Below the pieces are notes generated by a model. That model did not search any database. It had not been told where the DNA came from and saw only the letters and a program-made list of their open reading frames with translations. From positions 10,443 to 74,442 of the forward strand of contig JAFQQY010000049.1 of the NCBI GenBank assembly GCA_017410365.1: a DNA stretch of 64,000 nt, read 5' to 3'. The stretch is from Prevotella sp. (GTDB lineage: Bacteria > Bacteroidota > Bacteroidia > Bacteroidales > Bacteroidaceae). Below, piece after piece: positions 58,052-64,000 of the stretch. The translations under genes were made by a program, and so were the position numbers. Numbering within the stretch: position 1 is the first letter of the stretch; every line of letters starts with the position of its first letter.

Positions 58052-59338
58052 CTATATTTTTGCCGTTGCCAATTCAGCCTCTTTCTCTTCTATTTCGCTT
58101 TCAGTTTTCTGCGTATGCGTTTTTTTCACAGAACGGCTCACGCTGAGTATTGCTCCGATATAGGCACAGTTTATTATTGTCGATGTCCCACCCTTGCTTA
58201 TTAGTGGCAACGGCTGACCTGTAACAGGAGCCAATCCAACGGCAACAAGCATGTTGAACGTGGCCTGAATGACAAGAAGCAATCCCAATCCCATTACCAG
58301 AAATGCAGGGAAGTTGCGCTCGCATCTGCTGGCAATACGTGCACATCTGAATAGCAATATTATGTAGAGGAAAACTACTCCGATGGCTCCTAAGATGCCC
58401 ATCTCCTCAATGATGATGGCAAAGATAAAGTCGGAAAATGCTTGCGACAAGAAATCACGCTCTACAGAATTGCCCGGTCCTTTGCCGATGACATTGCTGG
58501 TAGCTATTGCAATATTGGCATGCCCCACCTGTGCATCCTTGTCAAGGTCATAGTCCTTTGCGGCCACCTCTTCGTTGTCGATGAACTTCATCAGACGAGC
58601 CTTCCATGTGTCTGCACGGTGAAACATCTTGTCTATAAAGTTCTCGTCTTTCTTTTCTTCCACAACCATTTCCTTGCTGATTTCCTCTGCTGCCTTTTCG
58701 TCTTTGCTCTTACCAGCAATCAACACGAAACTGACCACGACCACGCCAATTACGGTAACGATACCAAGCAGTTTGCCTAGTTGGCGCAGGGGCACTCTTC
58801 CGATGAACATCATAAGAAATATTACAGAACAGAGCAGTACTGCCGTTGACAGATTCTCTACAAATATGAGTCCAGCAATAGGTAAAGTAAGAATCATGAT
58901 GAACTTAAACGCTCTTGGGTCGGCTCCGTTCTCATATTGCATGGCGCTTAGGATGTGTGCCGTTGCAAGAATCAGTGTGCCCTTGGCTATCTCTGATGGT
59001 TGGAAAGTCTGCCCCATGAACTTTATCACACGTTGAGCTCCATTGATATCTTCACCGCCAACGAGAACCCATATTAGCGTGAACAAAGATATCAGTAGCA
59101 AGAACGGAGTGGTCAGTTTAAAGTACTTCCAAGGTATGTTTAGCGTTATTACAGTAACAACAGCACCGAAAATCAGCATTCCTGCATGCTTGATAATAGG
59201 TGTCAGATAGTCCTGACTCTTGTAAGTCAGGCCGCTTGAGGCACTGAACACTTCAACCACACTGATTATACAGAGGAAGAAGAACACCATCCAGATGACC
59301 TTGTCGCCTTTAAATATGTTGCTTATTTTAATGTTCAT
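58052..59338 (-). CDS. ftsW: SEDS-family peptidoglycan polymerase FtsW
   Basis: FQPSEIAK, SDFIFAIIIEEMG, PVTGQPLPLISKGGTS; dcw position. Confidence 0.92.
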   Translation of the reverse strand: MNIKISNIFKGDKVIWMVFFFLCIISVVEVFSASSGLTYKSQDYLTPIIKHAGMLIFGAVVTVITLNIPWKYFKLTTPFLLLISLFTLIWVLVGGEDINGAQRVIKFMGQTFQPSEIAKGTLILATAHILSAMQYENGADPRAFKFIMILTLPIAGLIFVENLSTAVLLCSVIFLMMFIGRVPLRQLGKLLGIVTVIGVVVVSFVLIAGKSKDEKAAEEISKEMVVEEKKDENFIDKMFHRADTWKARLMKFIDNEEVAAKDYDLDKDAQVGHANIAIATSNVIGKGPGNSVERDFLSQAFSDFIFAIIIEEMGILGAIGVVFLYIILLFRCARIASRCERNFPAFLVMGLGLLLVIQATFNMLVAVGLAPVTGQPLPLISKGGTSTIINCAYIGAILSVSRSVKKTHTQKTESEIEEKEAELATAKI

Positions 59339-59350
59339 ATCTTGGAGATA

Positions 59351-60682
59351 TTATAAGTTTCTTGCCAAAGTCTTAAACTGTTCGCCACGGTCTTCCATGT
59401 TCTTAAACAAGTCGAAGCTTGCGCAGCATGGACTAAGCAGAACCGTTTCGCCTGGTTTGGCCAATTCATAACACGCCTCTATGCATTCTTTCATGGAGTG
59501 GGTGTCACGTACCGGTATGCCAAGGCTGTCAAAGTTATCATGCAGTTTTGTGTTGTCAGCACCGAGGTAAACCAAAGCAGAACATTTCTCTTTTACTAAA
59601 GGCTTGATGGCATCATAGTCGTTGCCTTTGTCTTTTCCTCCGATGATGAGCACAACTTTCGTGCGCATACTTTCAAGTGCATACCAGCAAGCATCTACAT
59701 TTGTTGCTTTAGAGTCGTTGATGTACTGAACGCCACGAACAGTTGTCACCTTTTCAAGTCTATGTTCTACTCCAGGGAAGTCGCCGAGACTTTTTCTTAT
59801 TATGTCCTTCTCTATGCCCGAAAGATTTGTAGCAATACCGGCAGCCAGACTGTTGTAGATATTATGCTTTCCGGTCAGGCTTAATGCCTCTTGCTCCATA
59901 TTGAATGGAGTAGGTGTCTCTATTTTGTACATCCCTTCTTCCAGATAACCGATAGAACCTTTTTCTTTAAGTTCTGAGAATGGGCATTTGATGGCTTTAA
60001 TGTCATATTTCTCCAGTTCTCTCTTTATTATCGGGTCATCGTTCCAGTAGATGAAAGCATCGTTGTCTGTCTGATTTTGAATGATTCTCATCTTAGAATC
60101 TACATAATTCTGCATGCAGTAGTCATAGCGGTCCATGTGGTCTGGTGTTATGTTCAGCAGGATGGCTATGTTGGCTCTAAAGTCATACATATTATCCAAT
60201 TGGAAAGAACTCAGTTCGATTATGTAGTACTCATGAGGTTCCTCTGCCACCTGCAATGCCAACGAGTTGCCAATGTTTCCTGCCAGACCGGCATCATAGC
60301 CCGCTTCCTTGAATATGTGGTATATCAGCGATGTTGTTGTCGTCTTGCCATTACTGCCTGTTATGCAGATCATTTTCGAGTTTGTGTATCGGCCAGCAAA
60401 CTCTATCTCGCTGATGATATGGATGCCTTTTTCTGTTGCTTTCTTTACGATAGGTGCTGTGTCTGGAATGCCTGGACTCTTTATTATTTCATTGGCATTC
60501 AGTATTTTATCTTCCGTATGCTTCCCCTCTTCCCATTCAATGCCACGGTCGTCAAGCATTTTCTTGTACTTGTCGCCGATGGTAGACATATCTGAAACAA
60601 AGACATCAAATCCTTGTTTCTTGGCGAGTACTGCAGCTCCAGCTCCGCTCTCTCCGGCACCTAAAATCACAATTCTTTCCAT
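59351..60682 (-). CDS. murD: UDP-MurNAc-L-Ala--D-glutamate ligase
   Basis: TGSNGKTTT, ELSSFQL, NDSKATN, LLSPCCASFD. Confidence 0.97.
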   Translation of the reverse strand: MERIVILGAGESGAGAAVLAKKQGFDVFVSDMSTIGDKYKKMLDDRGIEWEEGKHTEDKILNANEIIKSPGIPDTAPIVKKATEKGIHIISEIEFAGRYTNSKMICITGSNGKTTTTSLIYHIFKEAGYDAGLAGNIGNSLALQVAEEPHEYYIIELSSFQLDNMYDFRANIAILLNITPDHMDRYDYCMQNYVDSKMRIIQNQTDNDAFIYWNDDPIIKRELEKYDIKAIKCPFSELKEKGSIGYLEEGMYKIETPTPFNMEQEALSLTGKHNIYNSLAAGIATNLSGIEKDIIRKSLGDFPGVEHRLEKVTTVRGVQYINDSKATNVDACWYALESMRTKVVLIIGGKDKGNDYDAIKPLVKEKCSALVYLGADNTKLHDNFDSLGIPVRDTHSMKECIEACYELAKPGETVLLSPCCASFDLFKNMEDRGEQFKTLARNL

Positions 60683-60688
60683 ATCGTG

Positions 60689-61960
60689 TTATCTCATCTT
60701 TAATGTTATTATCGTCAGCGCAGCCAGAATGATAGTCACAATCCAGAAGCGTATAGTTATCTTTGATTCGTGTGCGACAGTCTTAGGCCCTTTGAGCAGG
60801 TATTTGCATTCAGGGTCAAGTTGGCAGTCTTGAGTGCGGAAGGTGTCGTGGATTGGTGTACGTCTGAATACACGCTGTTTCACTCCTCTTCGCTTGCCTA
60901 ATTTGAAGTACCAAACCTGTATCATTACGCTCAGGCTTTCTACAAAGAATATACCGCACAGAATTGGCAACATCAATTCTTTGTGGATTATTATTGCGCA
61001 AACGGCAATGATACCGCCAATAGTCAGCGAACCAGTATCGCCCATAAAGACCTGTGCAGGGTATGTGTTGTACCACAGGAAACCGATTAGCGCTCCTATG
61101 AATGCACAGATAAACACTACCAGTTCCTGACTCCCCGGTATATACATAATGTCGAGATATGCTGCAAACTCAATGTGGCTGGAAACATAGGCAAATATAC
61201 CCAGCGCAACTCCGATTATTGCCGACACACCTGCACACATTCCGTCCATGCCGTCATTGAGATTGGCACCGTTTGACACGGCTGTAACCACTAGTATGGT
61301 CATTATGACAAATAAAATCCAGCCGGCCTCCTCTTTATACTTGCCACAGAACGACATAATGTCCGAGTAGTCCAGATTATGGTTCTTGACAAAAGGAATT
61401 GTCGTTTTAAGCGACTTTGTCGCTGTCGGCTCGTGCTTTATGGTCACCTCTTGTGTCTGATGTTTGGTTACAGCTATGTTCTCACGTACAACAGCATCTG
61501 GGCTGAAATACATTACCAGACCTACGATAAGTCCTAAGCCGACCTGACCGACTATCTTGAACTTGCCTTGCAATCCTTCCTTGTTATGTTTGAATATCTT
61601 TATGTAATCGTCTAATCCGCCAAGTACTCCAAGCCATATAGTGCTTATTATCATTAGAATAAGATAAATGTTGCGCATTCTGCCCAATAACAATACGGGC
61701 AATAAGATGGCAACAATGATAATCACACCACCCATAGACGGAACGCCAATCTTCTTCACGCCAAATGGGTCAATGCTGGCATCACGCTGCACTTCGGTTA
61801 TCTGCTTCTTTTTAAGGAATTTGATGAATCTCTCACCAAACCATGCAGATATGATAAGAGCTAATATCATGGCCAGAAGTGCACGGAATGATATGTAAGA
61901 CCATAGATGTGCTCCCGGTATGTTGAAGTCTTCTAGAAATCTGAAAAGATAGTATAGCAT
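60689..61960 (-). CDS. mraY: Phospho-MurNAc-pentapeptide transferase
   Basis: PSMGG, SNGANLNDGMDG, PAQVFMGDTGS. Confidence 0.97.
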   Translation of the reverse strand: MLYYLFRFLEDFNIPGAHLWSYISFRALLAMILALIISAWFGERFIKFLKKKQITEVQRDASIDPFGVKKIGVPSMGGVIIIVAILLPVLLLGRMRNIYLILMIISTIWLGVLGGLDDYIKIFKHNKEGLQGKFKIVGQVGLGLIVGLVMYFSPDAVVRENIAVTKHQTQEVTIKHEPTATKSLKTTIPFVKNHNLDYSDIMSFCGKYKEEAGWILFVIMTILVVTAVSNGANLNDGMDGMCAGVSAIIGVALGIFAYVSSHIEFAAYLDIMYIPGSQELVVFICAFIGALIGFLWYNTYPAQVFMGDTGSLTIGGIIAVCAIIIHKELMLPILCGIFFVESLSVMIQVWYFKLGKRRGVKQRVFRRTPIHDTFRTQDCQLDPECKYLLKGPKTVAHESKITIRFWIVTIILAALTIITLKMR

Positions 61961-62005
61961 ATTCTTTTAAATTAATAATGAAGAATTTAGAATGGTTCGT
62001 AACTC

Positions 62006-63454
62006 TTAATTCATTATCTCCATCAACACTTCTTTGTCGTCGAAATGGTGTTTTACACCCTTTATCTCCTGATAGTCCTCATGTCCCTTGCCTGCTACCA
62101 AGATTACGTCTCCCTTTTCTGCCATCATGCAAGCTGTACGAATAGCTTCCTTGCGGTCGACGATGCTCAATGTCTTCTTCATTTGCTGAGGTGTGAGTCC
62201 AGCCAGCATGTCGTTGATAATATCTTGAGGCTCTTCAAAGCGAGGGTTGTCGCTTGTTATTATAACCCTGTCGCTGTTCTTTGCCGCCTCTTGTGCCATA
62301 AGCGGACGTTTGCCCTTGTCTCTGTTGCCTCCCGCGCCGCAGACGGTTATTACTTTGCCTTTCCCGTCGAGCACTTCGTGAATAGCATTGAGCACATTCT
62401 CTAGGGCATCTGGTGTATGGGCGTAGTCAACAATGGCGGTATAGCCTTCTTTCGAACGTATTGGTTCAAGTCTGCCGCTTACACTTTTCAATGTGCTTAG
62501 AGTTAGCAATATATCATCTGGTTGCTTGCCCAGCATTATTGCAGCGCCATATACAGCCAGCAGGTTGCTGACATTGAACTTGCCAATGAACTGCACGCCA
62601 ACTTCGTGTCCGTCAATATCTAGATACATTCCTTCGAAATGACACTCTATGAGCCTTGCCTTGAAGTCGGCCATTGAACGTGTAGAATAAGTCTTCACTT
62701 TTGCTTTACAGTTCTGCACCATTACCATGCCGTTCTTGTCATCGGCATTTGTTATGGCAAATGCATCGCTGTCTAGCCCATCGAAGAATGCCTTTTTGGC
62801 ATCACGATAGTTGTCAAACGTCTTGTGATAATCCAGATGGTCTCGGGTCAGGTTTGTAAATAACCCTCCGGCAAACTTCAATCCTCCTATTCGTTTTTGG
62901 TCAATGGCGTGACTTGAACACTCCATGAACACATATTCGCAACCTGCCTCAACCATTCTTGCCAATAGTGCGTTTAGTGCAATAGGGTCGGGTGTGGTAT
63001 GGCTTGCGGCTACAGCTTCTCCGTCGATATAATTACACACGGTAGACAGCAAACCGCACTTGTGTCCCATCGCGCGAAACATATTATATAATAATGTGGC
63101 GATGGTGGTCTTGCCGTTGGTGCCTGTTACGCCAACCAACTTAATTTTCTCCGATGGATTACCGTAGAAAACTGTTGCCGCCTTGCCGACAACGTCTGTT
63201 GTTGACTTTACCTGTATGTATGTGATGCCATTTGACAAATCTTCAGGCATATCTTCGCATAGTATGGCTGCAGCACCGAGTTCTATGGCCTTGCCAATAT
63301 ATGTATGACCGTCTGTTTGCGTACCTTTAAGAGCAATAAACAGATGGCCAGGTTTTATTTGGCGCGAGTCAATGTTCACTCCGTTTATGTCAATGTCGGT
63401 TTCGCCCACTATGCAGAGCGTTTTGCAACCATTCAGCAGTTCATTCAGTTTCAT
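62006..63454 (-). CDS. murE: UDP-MurNAc-dipeptide--meso-DAP ligase
   Basis: [27 protein letters not shown]. Confidence 0.97.
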   Translation of the reverse strand: MKLNELLNGCKTLCIVGETDIDINGVNIDSRQIKPGHLFIALKGTQTDGHTYIGKAIELGAAAILCEDMPEDLSNGITYIQVKSTTDVVGKAATVFYGNPSEKIKLVGVTGTNGKTTIATLLYNMFRAMGHKCGLLSTVCNYIDGEAVAASHTTPDPIALNALLARMVEAGCEYVFMECSSHAIDQKRIGGLKFAGGLFTNLTRDHLDYHKTFDNYRDAKKAFFDGLDSDAFAITNADDKNGMVMVQNCKAKVKTYSTRSMADFKARLIECHFEGMYLDIDGHEVGVQFIGKFNVSNLLAVYGAAIMLGKQPDDILLTLSTLKSVSGRLEPIRSKEGYTAIVDYAHTPDALENVLNAIHEVLDGKGKVITVCGAGGNRDKGKRPLMAQEAAKNSDRVIITSDNPRFEEPQDIINDMLAGLTPQQMKKTLSIVDRKEAIRTACMMAEKGDVILVAGKGHEDYQEIKGVKHHFDDKEVLMEIMN

Positions 63455-63470
63455 ACCTTTTTCTTTACGT

Positions 63471-64000
63471 TTAGCCTAAAATCAGTACACATTCAGTTCC
63501 TTTCACAGCTGTTTTGCCAGCAGCGCAACTTTGTGATTTCACCTTTCCTCTGCCCACCAGTTTTACCTTTAGTCCGCGGTTTTCCAGCAGATATACGGCA
63601 TCGCGGGCTCCCATACCTTGAACATTAGGCACTATATGCTCGCTTGTATTCTCTTTCGACAGGTTAACGGTTGTTTCGTTGCTTGATGCCTTGCCCCAAA
63701 TAGGATTGCCGTAGGCAAAACTTCCTTCCCATTCTGTATCGGAATCAATGTCGAGATTCCTCAACACATATTCAGCAGCCATCATATTACCGTTCTTTAC
63801 GTCCGGTGTCATGATTGAAGTACTGTCTTTGGCATCTGCAACGTCAATTTTCAGATTCTTTGCCATTATGGCCTCAGATATGTTGTGGAACACAAGACCG
63901 CTCATGCCACCTCCAGATGCAGGCAGGCCCGACTTCTTCAGACATACGATGCAACTGTATTTTGGGTCGTCGGCAGGGAAGTATCCAGCAAAACTCAACC
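63471..64000 (-). CDS. ftsI: Penicillin-binding protein, C-terminal part (transpeptidase end and PASTA domain); 5' end off window
   Basis: [34 protein letters not shown]; directly upstream of murE. Confidence 0.85.
   Translation of the reverse strand, partial: LSFAGYFPADDPKYSCIVCLKKSGLPASGGGMSGLVFHNISEAIMAKNLKIDVADAKDSTSIMTPDVKNGNMMAAEYVLRNLDIDSDTEWEGSFAYGNPIWGKASSNETTVNLSKENTSEHIVPNVQGMGARDAVYLLENRGLKVKLVGRGKVKSQSCAAGKTAVKGTECVLILG

Noticed and set aside
51938-64000. dcw cluster lacking murF, murB and ddl
   Set aside because: This is the usual Bacteroidales arrangement.

Overview
Chromosomal window from a Bacteroidales bacterium, most likely Prevotella-like (TAnnTTTG promoters, hybrid two-component sensor, Prevotella-type YDLSGR C-terminal secretion tails, Bacteroidetes-type dcw order). 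Bases 1-~12660 form a visibly GC-rich accessory region ending at the 3' end of a tRNA-Asn. It holds a minus-strand operon of three secreted proteins that share four copies of a ~175-aa domain I cannot assign to a named family: a stand-alone protein, a 1032-aa apparently non-catalytic protein with two copies, and a >1280-aa GH115 alpha-glucuronidase missing from the ORF track. Next come an internally deleted IS4, a divergent HTCS-like sensor with no kinase or receiver domain, and a patchwork of truncated gene fragments. The rest is mostly housekeeping: S41 peptidase, rimP-nusA-infB, sufBCDS, purF, rnhB with a WYL regulator, gyrB, rpsT, tRNA-Glu, recO, yqeY and the dcw cluster. It also contains a GH2-GH106-esterase-GH2-HTCS cluster without susC/susD and several families of short repeats. 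The strongest candidate for a new system is the repeated-domain / GH115 / kinase-less sensor module. Family assignments come from motif recognition only; no database search was run.
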